From Octopus vulgaris (lineage: Eukaryota), in assembly GCA_951406725.2 (NCBI GenBank), contig OX597816.1, forward strand, positions 55,490,001 to 55,554,000: a stretch of DNA of 64,000 nucleotides, read 5' to 3'. The position numbers and the translations under genes were made by a program. Numbering within the stretch: the first letter of the stretch is position 1; each line of letters opens with the position of its first letter. The notes under the pieces were generated by a model that saw nothing but the letters and a program-made list of their open reading frames with translations, was not told the origin of the DNA and searched no databases. Below are positions 12,949 to 25,420 of the stretch, piece after piece.

Positions 12949-13721
12949 ATGTGTGTGTATGTATATATGTATATATGTACGTAGGTACGCACGTATACAT
13001 TGGTGTATGTATATGTTTATATGTGTATGTACGTATTATGTATGTATGTATGTATGTAAACTGGCTTCCATACAGTTTCCCTCAACTAAATTCTCTCACA
13101 AAGCATTAGCTGGCCTAGAAGATGCCCAAGCTGCAGCTCAGTGGGACAAAATCGGAATCTACGTGGCTGCAAAGTAAGCTTATAATAGTTACAAACACAC
13201 AAGCAAAATTTGAAGGATGATGAAGGTGTCTAACCAATAAAAACTCTGGATTTATACAACCAAAAACACATGTGAAAAAGCTTAGGAATTCCCGCAAGAG
13301 AATTGCAAAGAAGATGTGTGTATTACGACAATATATAAACGATAGAGAATCTGGTGTTTTGTGTTATCCCCGTTTTCAAAGACATGTAAATGTATTGAGA
13401 GGCAGAGTGAAAAGGGAAATAAGATGGATACCAATGTAACGACAAAATACGCAAATGGAGGGTATCACAATAGGATTGGGATCAGAAGAAAAAAAGAGAA
13501 AGAGAAGTTGTGAAGTCGAGAAAGTGAAAAGGAGAGAGTGTGTTAGATGAAAGAAGAAGGTAGACAAAGAATAAAATACAGAGAAATGGTAAAAGAGCAG
13601 AATACTGAGAGAATAGAATTGTTGGTGGTTGTATGTGGGAGAGCGAAATATGTAATGTTGGCATGTATAAACGTACAAAACTCGTCTGTGTGTCCATTGA
13701 GATCAAGTACTACCATATAAG

Positions 13722-13935
13722 GTGGTGACATGGCAGAATCGCTCGCATGCCGGACAAAGTGCTTAGCAGCATTTCGTCCGCCTTTACGTTCTGAGTTCAA
13801 ATGTCACCGTGGTCGACTTTGTATTCGTCCTTTGGAAGTCGGATAAAATAAGTACCAGTTGAGTACTGGGGTCGACGTGTTCGACTTAGCCCCTACCCCC
13901 GAAAGTGCTGGTCTTGTGCCAAACTTTGAAACCAA
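13722..13935 (+). mobile_element. SINE family S2 variant
   Basis: Similarity to 10466-10699. Confidence 0.75.
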
Positions 13936-14499
13936 TATATAATAGAAAAATACTCTTTGTAAATCTCACAACGAGAGATATTCAGCAACAGCATTTGGGA
14001 GTAAAGATTATTTGCCAAAATAACATAGCAGTCCTGTGTAGGACGAAAGGAAATAACCCGGAAATCGCGATACACAGATATTTTTTTGAGCTGAGTGGGG
14101 GTGCTAGATGCACTTGTTCGAAAATATAAGGACACGATGTCTCCTGGAGCTAAATCACAGCAACATTCGTCCTACGCCTGGACTGCCATGTTATGTTGGC
14201 ATATAATCTTTACTCTAATATATAGTATTTGCATGTATGTGTGTATTTTAATGGTGCATCCAGGTAGGGTGCATACGTTTGTGTGTTTGTAAATGCCGAG
14301 CTAAAGGGTGGAACAGTGTGCTTGTGGGTGTATGAAGGATTGTGAAAGTGTATGGGAGTAGGCAGAGTTGTTTTCTAGTGATGCGTATATGTGCAAGTTG
14401 CTGTTTGTGTGGATATATTGATAAATAGGTTTAGTGTGCGTGTTGGGCGGCGGGATGTATGCGTGTGTGCGTGGGGGGGGCATGGGAATGGTTGTTTGG

Positions 14500-14760
14500 A
14501 TGAAATGTAGAAGTGGTGTGTTAGGACGCAGTTATGAGATCACCCACGCGGTAACCACGAACGAAGAGTGAACAAAACGGAGCGAGAGAGAAGGTATTGT
14601 TCTTGTCACAGCAATAATACGTGGGACGGGGAAGCGAGGTGACGTGAAATGACGTCGTAGACTGAACGGTGACAAATGGCGTCGGCAAGTGAGATGAAGT
14701 GACGAGCGGCGAGTAAATTGATGATGCTTAGGCAGGTATATCGTGGGTGTTAATGCGTTA
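14500..14760 (-). pseudogene. Possible highly decayed PLE RT-thumb fragment
   Basis: HPRYTCLSII...LAAR and FVRGY-like translations only. Confidence 0.3.
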
Positions 14761-14773
14761 ACTATATATATAC

Positions 14774-14814
<41 letters not shown>

Positions 14815-14816
<2 letters not shown>

Positions 14817-14963
14817 AGTAGGTGAATGAATTATCCTATGCTTATCGTCAGCATGGGAAATTCATTTAACCGAAACCTAGGTAGCAAATTCACGTCAGAA
14901 AACACGGTTGAAGAGTAAAGAATTTTGTTAACATATTCGTTCGACTCCATTCTTTCATCTATT

Positions 14964-14966
<3 letters not shown>
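14815..14966 (+). mobile_element. (TA)n-flanked fragment, family H5
   Basis: TTTAACCGAAACCTAGGTAGCAAA and tail TTCGTTCGACTCCATT, both shared with 38430-38710. Confidence 0.55.
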
Positions 14967-15002
<36 letters not shown>

Positions 15003-15059
15003 GTATGTATATGTATGTGTGGAAGAACGTACGCTCGAAACGTTAAATACTTTTTCACT

Positions 15060-15210
15060 TTAAATTTCCGTCTACCTTAATCCACTCACAAGGTTTTCCC
15101 GGACGAGGCTATAGTAGAAGACACTTACCTAAGGTATCACGCAGTGGGACTGAACACGGAACCATGTGGTTGGTAAGCAATCTACTTACCACATAGCCCC
15201 TCCTGCGCCT
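15060..15210 (-). mobile_element. SINE S1 5' half
   Basis: Similarity to the 2218-2370 head. Confidence 0.8.
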
Positions 15211-16071
15211 ATATATATATATGTGTGTGTATGTGTGTGTGTGTGTATTTACGCTTGTATATAATACAATATGAAAAAATATTCAATATGTCGATATGAG
15301 TTGATATGTTTAATAAACATACGCAATATAGAGTTTCTTTTAGTTGTAATTCATAGACACTTGACTTTGATTGATGTAACATTGTTACATACAGTTTACG
15401 TTAGTTTACGGAACAAGTGCATTATAAATATATATATATATATGGAGAATGGTTATTAGATTACACATTGCAGAGAGTTAATTTGAATACCAGTGCTACT
15501 GTGACAACTTTTGAAAACGCACCGATGCAGTATGAATGGTTATCTAATATCATGGTTATACAATTTAATAACTTTTTCTCATCATCAGAGAGGATAATGC
15601 GGTCAGAAGATGCTTTAATATATATTTCTATTATAGTCAGGAGTGCGGACTGTGGCAATGATTTTACAGGGCTTCCCTGGTTAGAGACGAAACAGAGAGG
15701 CATTAAACGTCAAACCAGAAACTGATCCGATTGCTTGTAAGAGATTGCACTTTGCTAAAATCGCCGAAGACACCAATATAATGGTGGTACACATAACTCA
15801 AAACACGTCCAATCAATGTTCATAATTTTCTACCAATCATTATCTCTGTTCTTCTTCAGGTTTGTGGGTCCTGGGTGAGAAGATTATAACGTTACTACTC
15901 TTGATTTAGAAGGCAAGGTACTGATTTCGAGGATAAACGATAGGGAATAGAAACATAGAGATAGTATCCTAATATATCCCAACTTTAAATATCATGTTGA
16001 GATTCTAATAAATTGCAATGCATGATTGTGTATGTGAATGTATGGGCAGACATAGATACATACATACATAC

Positions 16072-16178
<107 letters not shown>

Positions 16179-16179
16179 C

Positions 16180-16440
16180 ATTGCCATTGAAATATGGCTA
16201 GCCACTAAGGGTGGATGCTACTGTAGCTTGTAGCCGCAGGAGGCCACCGCCTCCAGCTGGCTATAGACACAGATAGGGCACAGAAAGTGTGTCTATAGCC
16301 AGCTGGAGGTGGTGGCCTCCTGGGGCTACAAACTACAGTAGCATCCACCCTTAGGGGTTAGCCATATTTCAATGGCAAATATACGTCACGATGTGTTGTA
16401 GCTAGTGTTTATAACTCGGTCCGAGATTTATTATTGCTTA
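16180..16440. mobile_element. GC-rich fold-back (~92-bp arms) with one-sided tail between (TA)n runs
   Basis: TTGCCATTGAAATATGGCTA...TATAGACACA / TGTGTCTATA...TAGCCATATTTCAATGGCAA. Confidence 0.8.
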
Positions 16441-16453
16441 TATATATATATAT

Positions 16454-16650
16454 ATTTATTTCATAGAAGGAGCTTCTACAGGACTAGAACTGTTTCATTC
16501 AAATGAAATCATCAGGAAGCTTCCTGATGATTTCATTTGAATGAAACAGTTCTAGTCCTTTGGAAGCTCTTTCTATAAAATAAATTAATTTACTCTGCTA
16601 TCTATTGAGTACCTTAATTACTGTGGTTAACCCCGACTCAACCCGGGATC
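16454..16650. mobile_element. Fold-back element family H3: spacerless palindrome (centre AAGCTT 16517-16522) plus tail
   Basis: Arms 16454-16519 and 16520-16585, tail to 16650, (TA)n on both sides. Confidence 0.8.
16471..16522 (-). ncRNA. Putative type-I hammerhead ribozyme
   Basis: AGCTTC-CTGATGA-T-TTC(ATTT)GAA-T-GAA-ACAG(TTCTAGTC)CTGT-A-GAAGCT: 6-bp stem I, canonical core, 4-bp stem III, GUA site. Confidence 0.7.
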
Positions 16651-16675
16651 TACACATATATATATATATATGTAT

Positions 16676-16751
<76 letters not shown>

Positions 16752-16809
16752 ATACATACACACATTTAGATCTTCAGTCTCTCGCTTTCCCAGCTGAGCT
16801 ATTTCGGTG

Positions 16810-16955
16810 TGATAGGAAGGTTGCTTTCTAACCACATGGCTCTGGGTTCAGTCCCTCTGCGTGGCACCTAGGGAAAGTGATTTTACTTTAGCCTCGTACC
16901 AACCAAAGCCTTGTGAGTGAATTTGTTTGGGGAGAAACTGGAAGAAGCACATCGT
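16810..16955 (+). mobile_element. SINE S1 5' half (degenerate); a 3' half lies at ~17660-17800
   Basis: Similarity to S1. Confidence 0.7.
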
Positions 16956-16960
16956 ATAAG

Positions 16961-17000
<40 letters not shown>

Positions 17001-17001
<1 letters not shown>

Positions 17002-17506
17002 TAGCAGTATCGCCCGGCGTTGCTCGGGTTTGTAAGGGAAATAACTATATAAGCATTTTTAGAGAGTTACTTCCCTTATAAATTCGGGCTTTCTTAGCCA
17101 TTTTTGTTTTGGTGTCTTCAAGCCATGAAGTCGTTGTTCTAAAAGAACGCTGGTTTCCTTCACAACGCATTACGACGTTGATTTCTTTACACTCCCTTCC
17201 CCACAGCTTCACGAGGGAGGGAAGGGGGAGAAGCAAACAGGTGCAGCTGTGAGCGTGGACGCCAACTCCGCCGCCATCGACATACGATGCATTTTATGCA
17301 TTAAAATGGAATAAAAAATTATGTTAAATTATTTTTAAAATCGTAGACACATCGTTGACGCGCGCTAATAGTCAGACGGGCTCGATATGAATCACGACTA
17401 TAAGATACCCGAATTTGGTTAAACTGCACCGCAAAATGTGGGAGGAGTTAGGAATCTAAATCGAAGGGGACAGACACTCACACAACTAGAGTTTTATATA
17501 TATAGA
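17001..17506 (-). mobile_element. Non-autonomous Helitron
   Basis: Minus strand starts TC(TATATATATAAAAC) and ends with the hairpin CCCGAGCAACGCCGGG then CTAG. Inserted between A and T with no TSD. Confidence 0.85.
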
Positions 17507-17646
17507 TATGTCTATTTACCTTTACTGTATATTTTGTATAATGCCTTTACTGATATGTAATGGTGTAATAAAGTATTGATTGGGTATCATGTGATAGTTG
17601 ATGTTTTATTGATTTAAGTATGTTTCTCCATTTTCTAATTTTGTAG

Positions 17647-17677
<31 letters not shown>

Positions 17678-17821
17678 ATGTCTTGATGTCTGTGTTTTGT
17701 CCCCCCTCACATCACACTTGACGACCTTGTAAAATCCTTGTAAAGTGTTGCTCCAGCATGGGCACAGTCATATGACTGAAACAAGTAGAAGAATAAAAGA
17801 ACACACACACATATGAATACC

Positions 17822-17866
<45 letters not shown>

Positions 17867-18954
17867 TTCAACATGTGTGAGTGTGTAGACGGTGACTTAA
17901 CTGGAAAATGTATTCTGCTTACTGCGTAGAGGGCGCTGATTCTGATCAATATGATTCAAAATATAATTTGTCAACAAATGAGAACATGGTCCACCATAGC
18001 TGTAGATAAGACAGACACCATTATGTTTCGGCAATTATTTATATAATCCCGTTACATTGTTCATGATATTCTCGTCAAATAATATCGTAATGCACTTCAT
18101 TTTCAATTAAATGTAATACTACTGTTGTACATCGCATTATGCTCGTGTGGTATCCATGCAATTAGAAGTATATGAAATTTCACTATTTACCGCAGTGGTA
18201 AATATAGCCATTTTTGCTAATATTTATCTTTCGACTCCTCCTGTCTGAAGCCAAATATTAATTCGTGTATTATAATTACTTTGTAAATATACTACTTCTC
18301 CCCAATCCCCAACTCAACACATCTATTATAAAATTAAGTAAATCTTTAGCCGCTTACTCTTCCAATTTCATGTGAGTACTTAATCGTTTGGCTCTGATCT
18401 AAGTTCAATATTTTCTTCCAAAATAATCACTCAGACACTAAAACATCTATTTTCAGTCTTTATTTATAGCAATGTTTTTTACGTCCAACAAGCTTCAAAA
18501 TTTGTCAATGAATTTTCCCCATGTTACCCATCTTATTTGTCTTCATCTCACTCTATCGACTCTTTTTCCAAATTGATACTTCAGAACATAAATTATTTTG
18601 TTTCATTCTTTCTCATAAAGTATCTCCGTCTTCGCTTCTCACCCTACAACCCATTAATTTCTAAATTATTATTGCTACCAATTAGATACATTCTTCGTTC
18701 CCCATTATCATGATGTTGATTGTGTTTTTAATTATCGTATTGATAAATTAATAGATCCGTTGATCACAATGCAATGGAACAACTATACTGCGGAAGATGT
18801 TGCCTCGTATATAACGATATGACGACGTTAATACCAATAATAATCCTTTCTACGGTTGAAAATTTGAAGGAGAGAACATGTGGATAACATCGACCCCAGT
18901 ACGCAACTGGTACTTAATTTACAGAAACCGAAAAGATAAAAGACAATTCACCGC

Positions 18955-19151
18955 CTAGGACTTACAAATAAATATATAACATGCAGAAAATTGCATTACT
19001 GGGCACTGCACAGATTCTACGCAAAATACTTTCAATACAGTAACCATCAGAGCATCATAACAAAACACAGCACATACCCAAGGCATACAGAGCTGCGCTC
19101 GGTAGTGAAGTTAAAGCACGCTGTAAAAATTTTTTAAAAATAATAAAAATA

Positions 19152-19155
<4 letters not shown>
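18955..19155 (+). mobile_element. 3' end of R4/Dong-type element, subfamily B
   Basis: Translates as ...MQKIALLGTAQILRKILSIQ*, then a 3'UTR, then (AAT)n. Same UTR at 49871-49990(-). Confidence 0.8.
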
Positions 19156-19221
<66 letters not shown>

Positions 19222-19251
19222 GAAATAATGATAATAATGATAATAATAATG

Positions 19252-19308
<57 letters not shown>

Positions 19309-19326
19309 GAAATAATGATAATAATG

Positions 19327-19378
<52 letters not shown>
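19156..19378 (+). repeat. (AAT)n target array with AGA/GAT variants
   Basis: Direct reading. Confidence 0.95.
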
Positions 19379-19379
<1 letters not shown>

Positions 19380-19390
19380 GAAGCATAATA

Positions 19391-21592
19391 ATGAACGAAG
19401 CTGCAGCGAGAGAAGATAATACAGAGGAAATGATTATAGACCAGCCCAGGGCGGATAAAAACGAAGAGAGGATTGAAAGAGTTAGTATAAGTGATAGGCA
19501 AAGTGAAATACGCCCTGAACCAATCATAAACACTAAGACAGATGAGCATCAAATAGATAAAGAAAGTCACACAAATATTGACCCAACAGAACTACATGAG
19601 CTAAAAAATCAAATCATGATTGAATGGCTGAAAATTAAAGAAACCAGCATGGATGAGCGTGATACACTTCCTAAAATCCGCAACTCTAACCAAAACATGA
19701 AAATAATTGGTAAAATCCGGCTTGCACTTAAGGATATAATTTCAGTTAATGATGTTGATATCACAAACCTCAACCACCTATACTATGCATCCGCGAAAAT
19801 CTCAACGATCCTATGTGGTGTAAAGATTAGAAAACGGCAACAGTCCCACAAAAAGCCTTCTTGGCAAGAGCGTCTGCAACAACAAATTAAAATATTTAGA
19901 TCTGACATTGAATATTTGAAAAACCTTAAGGCTCACAAGATTACCAAACCTACAAAAACCCAAAAATTACTGAAAAAATACAATATGAAAACTATACTTG
20001 ATATTGATGCCACCATAGAAACCATCAAACAAAAGGTATCTGCCAAAGCTGCCCGCATAGCGAGGTATGAAAAGCGTGTTAGATTTTTCAAGGACAACAA
20101 CATGTTCAAAAATAACACCAAGAATTTTTACAGGAAGATAGGAAAAACAGCGTTTACTGCAGGGTCTGTACCATCAAAAGAAGAAGTGCAGAGATTTTGG
20201 AATAAAATCTGGGCAGAAGAAAAAACACACAACGAAAAGGCCCCCTGGATTGACAGAATATCTACAGAACTGGACCCCTTAGAAGAGCAAAAGTGGGAGG
20301 GTGTCAAGGTAGAAGATATAAGATCTGCTCTCAGGAGGTCAAGCAAATGGAAGTCTCCAGGAAAGGATAAAATTCCTAACTTCTGGCTGAATGCCTTCCC
20401 AGAGAGCCATGAACTGCTAACAGAACTGTACAATGATGTTTTGCAACACCCTAGTAGGATGCCTCCTTGGCTAGTTAATGGGTTAACATTCCTGCTTCCA
20501 AAAAGTGAAGAAACAAATGAACCAAAAAACTATAGACCCATAACTTGCTTAACAACTATGTACAAAACACTAACATCTGTCCTGACGGAATATACCTATA
20601 GTTTTTTAACATACAGCAGCATATTCCCTAATGAACAGAAAGGATGTAAACGTGGATCCTACGGCTGTAAAGACCAACTACTCATCAATAAGATGATCTT
20701 AGAAGATTGTCACAAACGACACAAAAACTTATCAATAGCCTGGATAGACTATAAAAAGGCTTTTGATAGCCTACCACATAGCTGGATTAGGAAATGCCTT
20801 GAAATGTATAAGATAGCACCAACTCTGCGAAACTTCTTGACTGTAAGTATGAGATCATGGAGAACCACACTAACTCTGAACAGTGACAGTGAATCCCTAA
20901 ATGCTGGTGATGTAAAAATTTCGTGTGGCATTTTCCAGGGTGACTCACTGTCACCACTCCTCTTTTGTTTATCCTTAATACCTCTCTCAAAGCTGCTCAA
21001 TGACGCGCAGTACGGGTATAAAATGTTTGATAAAAATATAAATCATCTCGTTTACATGGATGATTTAAAGTTTTTTGCAAAAAATGATCAACAACTCAAG
21101 GGCTTACTAGCGATAGTCAAACAATTCAGTGACGACATCAGAATGCAATTCGGCCTCGATAAATGTGCAAAGGCTACCTTTATCAAAGGAAAAATGACAG
21201 AAACATCTAACGTTAACCTTGACCAACAGAATGTCATAAAAGAACTAGACCCAGCGGAGAGCTACAAGTACCTAGGGATAATTGAAGGGAACGGAATAAG
21301 GCATTCAGAGATGAAGGAAAGGATCAGGAGAGAATGCTATCGAAGAGTGAGAGCAATACTCAAGACAGAGCTGAATGCAAGAAACAGGATCGAAGCAATC
21401 AATGCATTAGCTATACCAGTCGTGACTTACAGTTTCAATATTGTTAACTGGTCAATTACTGAAATATGTCAGCTCGACAGAAAAATAAGGAAACTGTTGA
21501 CAATGCATAGAATGCACCACCCTAAGGCAGATACAGAACGACTCTATCTGCCAAGAAAAGAGGAGGCCGTGGTCTTTTGCAACTGGCAATAA
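19391..21592 (+). CDS. Reverse transcriptase part of the R4/Dong polyprotein (frameshift at ~21561)
   Basis: KSPGKDKI, NYRPITCL, EQKG, WIDYKKAFDS, GIFQGDSLSP, YMDD (21053-21064), YKYLG, LYLPRKE. Confidence 0.93.
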   Translation: MNEAAAREDNTEEMIIDQPRADKNEERIERVSISDRQSEIRPEPIINTKTDEHQIDKESHTNIDPTELHELKNQIMIEWLKIKETSMDERDTLPKIRNSNQNMKIIGKIRLALKDIISVNDVDITNLNHLYYASAKISTILCGVKIRKRQQSHKKPSWQERLQQQIKIFRSDIEYLKNLKAHKITKPTKTQKLLKKYNMKTILDIDATIETIKQKVSAKAARIARYEKRVRFFKDNNMFKNNTKNFYRKIGKTAFTAGSVPSKEEVQRFWNKIWAEEKTHNEKAPWIDRISTELDPLEEQKWEGVKVEDIRSALRRSSKWKSPGKDKIPNFWLNAFPESHELLTELYNDVLQHPSRMPPWLVNGLTFLLPKSEETNEPKNYRPITCLTTMYKTLTSVLTEYTYSFLTYSSIFPNEQKGCKRGSYGCKDQLLINKMILEDCHKRHKNLSIAWIDYKKAFDSLPHSWIRKCLEMYKIAPTLRNFLTVSMRSWRTTLTLNSDSESLNAGDVKISCGIFQGDSLSPLLFCLSLIPLSKLLNDAQYGYKMFDKNINHLVYMDDLKFFAKNDQQLKGLLAIVKQFSDDIRMQFGLDKCAKATFIKGKMTETSNVNLDQQNVIKELDPAESYKYLGIIEGNGIRHSEMKERIRRECYRRVRAILKTELNARNRIEAINALAIPVVTYSFNIVNWSITEICQLDRKIRKLLTMHRMHHPKADTERLYLPRKEEAVVFCNWQ

Positions 21593-22611
21593 CAATGAAG
21601 ATTGCTACAATTGGCCTAGACACCTACCTGAAAAACTCTGAGGACTGGATGCTAAAACTTGTCTCAAAACATGAAAACAAGAAAGCATCATACTCAGTCA
21701 CAAAACAGGCAAAGGAATATCTAAGTGAATTCCGAATACAACCAATTTCGGAATTAGAGATAGATATACAAGAAACAAGCACAGAAAAAGCTAGGCGCAT
21801 GAAAACCCGTGCCAAAACTGCGGCCTTAGATATTCTGAATAATAAATGGCAAGAAAAACCTCTCTATGGCAAATACCCAAAGAGAGCGAATAATGCAGAT
21901 ATCGACAAAGCCCTGACCCATCAATGGCTAATGGCCTCTGGCTTAAAATCTGAAACAGAGGGGTTTATCATAGCAGCTCAAGATCAATGCCTACCAACAA
22001 GAAACTACCAGGCCAACATATTAAAGATCAGAAGCAGTCCAACGTGTCGTGTATGCAAGCAACAAAATGAAACCATTGACCATGTGGTCTCCAAGTGCAG
22101 TCTTCTAGCGCCTACAGAGTATCTCAACAGGCACGATAGAGCTGCACAATATATTCACTGGGTAATCTGTAAAAACCTGGATTTGCCCCATGAAAAAAAC
22201 TGGTGGGAACACAAACCACCCCCAGTGCTTGAAAATGACCACATCTCACTCCTCTGGAACTTCACCATTCAAACTGACAGGAAGATAGATGCAAATAGGC
22301 CAGACATCATATTGAAAAACTTCAAACAAAGAACATGCCTCCTCATTGATATGACTGTCCCAATCGATATAAACGTATCTGTCAAGACCTACCAAAAACT
22401 GAGCAAATATAAAGATCTTGAAATAGAAATCAGCAAAATGTGGAAGCTGAAGACTAAAACAATACCTGTTGTCATAGGTGCCCTGGGAATGATAGCAAAA
22501 GGGGCTGATAGCTACCTAACTCAGATACCAGGAAACCCAAAAATGGCAGAAGTTCAAAAGATAGTGCTCATGGGAACTGCTCATATCCTACGCAAAATAC
22601 TCTCTATGTAA
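21562..22611 (+). CDS. C-terminal part: CCHC knuckle + restriction-like (PD..D/ExK) endonuclease
   Basis: GGRGL continuation, CRVCKQQNETIDHVVSKC, RHD, RPDII...LLID, KLSKY, PVVIGALG. Confidence 0.93.
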   Translation, partial: GGRGLLQLAITMKIATIGLDTYLKNSEDWMLKLVSKHENKKASYSVTKQAKEYLSEFRIQPISELEIDIQETSTEKARRMKTRAKTAALDILNNKWQEKPLYGKYPKRANNADIDKALTHQWLMASGLKSETEGFIIAAQDQCLPTRNYQANILKIRSSPTCRVCKQQNETIDHVVSKCSLLAPTEYLNRHDRAAQYIHWVICKNLDLPHEKNWWEHKPPPVLENDHISLLWNFTIQTDRKIDANRPDIILKNFKQRTCLLIDMTVPIDINVSVKTYQKLSKYKDLEIEISKMWKLKTKTIPVVIGALGMIAKGADSYLTQIPGNPKMAEVQKIVLMGTAHILRKILSM

Positions 22612-22841
22612 TCTCAAGGTTTAAAACAAACATAATTTTCGGTTTAAAAAAAAAAAAAAAAAACAAAAAAAAACCTTTTTTTTTTCTTTTTAGACATTCA
22701 TTAGTACAACATCCCCACCCCCCAAATATATGGCACACTAGGCATAACAACAACATGAACTTCCAACCCTGTTGTCTCTTGAGGTCTCTGGGTGAGACTT
22801 GGAGCCAACTTGTACAAATATAAAGCAAAAGTCAAACATAG

Positions 22842-22899
22842 AATAATAATAATAATAATAATGATGATAATAATAATAATAGAAATAATGATAATAATG

Positions 22900-22956
<57 letters not shown>

Positions 22957-22983
22957 GAAATAATGATAATAATGATAATAATA

Positions 22984-23044
<61 letters not shown>

Positions 23045-23085
23045 TGATGATAATAATAATAATAATAGAAATAATGATAATAATG

Positions 23086-23169
<84 letters not shown>

Positions 23170-23187
23170 GAAATAATGATAATAATG

Positions 23188-23254
<67 letters not shown>

Positions 23255-23262
23255 TAATAATA
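22842..23262 (+). repeat. (AAT)n array with higher-order AGA-AAT-AAT-GAT-AAT-AAT-GAT unit
   Basis: Four variant units, the same as in 19156-19378. Confidence 0.95.
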
Positions 23263-23855
23263 AATGCCCTGATGCAGTACCATGCTCTGATGCAGTACCA
23301 TGCCCTGATGCAGTGACTCTCGTGGATTCTGATCATAACTGATTGGAAGTGTTATCATGTACATTGTTTTGACTTGGTATAAAAGATGGGCCACAGCAAA
23401 TATTCTGCTCAATACCACAGATTTGCTTATCAGTTGTTTGACCTTAGCCAGTTGAGCAGGTCCCTTACTGGCTGACGATATGTGCATCTCTGATCACAAG
23501 CAGAAGTAGTGGGGGGGGAGCATCATAGTCGTGTATTGAGAGGGATTCTTTAGGGTTTGAATAATCCACCTCTGGAAACATGGGTGTTTCGTTCAACATC
23601 CTTAAACAATCCTTCTTCAAGGACCTTTTGATCGGGATGGCCTACTCGACCAGAAGATAATTCTAGCTGGGTCCCACCTGCAAGGTCATGTGCTGTTTAT
23701 CTTGATATCTTGATATGAGATCACCATGTCGCGCACATATGGTTGTGATGCATGTGCCTAATGTACCCTAATCAGACGGGTAGTCATGATGGGTATACTG
23801 GGCTTCGTATATTTTACCCCAGTGTTACTTTGATGGCATGTACTGCTCTCTCACT
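23263..23855. mobile_element. ~590-bp non-coding insert between (AAT)n tracts
   Basis: Complex sequence with no long ORF, AAT repeats on both sides, and an 18-bp unit ATGCCCTGATGCAGTACC repeated ~2.8 times at the left end. Confidence 0.55.
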
Positions 23856-23884
23856 AAATAATAATAGTAATAATAATGTTATGT

Positions 23885-24019
23885 AGAACAATACTATCTC
23901 AAAACGAAATATATGACACACTAGACATAATACAAACAAGAACTTCCAACTTCTTGTCTCCTGAGGTCTCTGGGTAAGACTTGCAGTCAACTGGTACAAA
24001 TACAAAGCCAAAGTCAAAC

Positions 24020-24022
<3 letters not shown>
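23885..24022 (+). mobile_element. Diverged 3'UTR fragment of Dong subfamily A
   Basis: AAATATATGACACACTAG...AAAGTCAAACA aligns to 22724-22838 with many substitutions. Confidence 0.85.
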
Positions 24023-25092
<1,070 letters not shown>

Positions 25093-25199
25093 AAGAAGAA
25101 GAAGAAGAAGAAGAAAAGTACACGATAATTGAAAACAAAAAAATAGCATGGAACTATAGGCTACAGGTAGCAATCTTACTATTCGTGCGACATTGCAGC

Positions 25200-25420
25200 A
25201 GTTCCAACAAAATCCGAATTAAATGGTTTCAACAAAACTGCTGGAAGGCAACACTCCTCTTTCCTTCTCCTTGATGAATTTCATTAGAGATTGGCCATAG
25301 AAGAAATTGTTTGTTGCCAGTCCAGTCAATCTTGTCCACCATAGATCTTTCGCTATGGCTACCAAGCGTATAAATGCTGCCTGGTTAAAAGAAGGCGGCG
25401 GGAAGATCGCCTGTAATAGT
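25200..25420 (-). pseudogene. Possible LINE (L1/Tx1-like) ORF2 C-terminal fragment
   Basis: PPPSFNQAAFIRLVAIAKDLWWTR resembles the AK..IW..R C-terminal motif. Confidence 0.35.

Larger units (their letters stand above)
19379..22841 (+). mobile_element. R4/Dong-clade RLE non-LTR retrotransposon, subfamily A, probably 5'-truncated, in (AAT)n
   Basis: Single RT-RLE polyprotein, ~230-bp 3'UTR, (AAT)n on both sides. Dong-type elements are known to target TAA repeats. Confidence 0.92.

Noticed and set aside
15417-15725. Complex-sequence ORFs on both strands
   Set aside because: No recognisable domain; cannot be assigned.
15860-15917. Exon-like segment with a good acceptor and a GT donor
   Set aside because: All three frames contain stops, and there is no supporting evidence for a non-coding exon.
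23264-23314. Short direct repeats as a CRISPR-like array (also 52786-52848, 58122-58275)
   Set aside because: No unique spacers of regular length, eukaryotic context, no cas genes.
22701-23487. Long poly-I/poly-Y/poly-L ORFs (also 19055-19570, 35754-36237, 49649-50204)
   Set aside because: They are translations of (AAT)n microsatellites.
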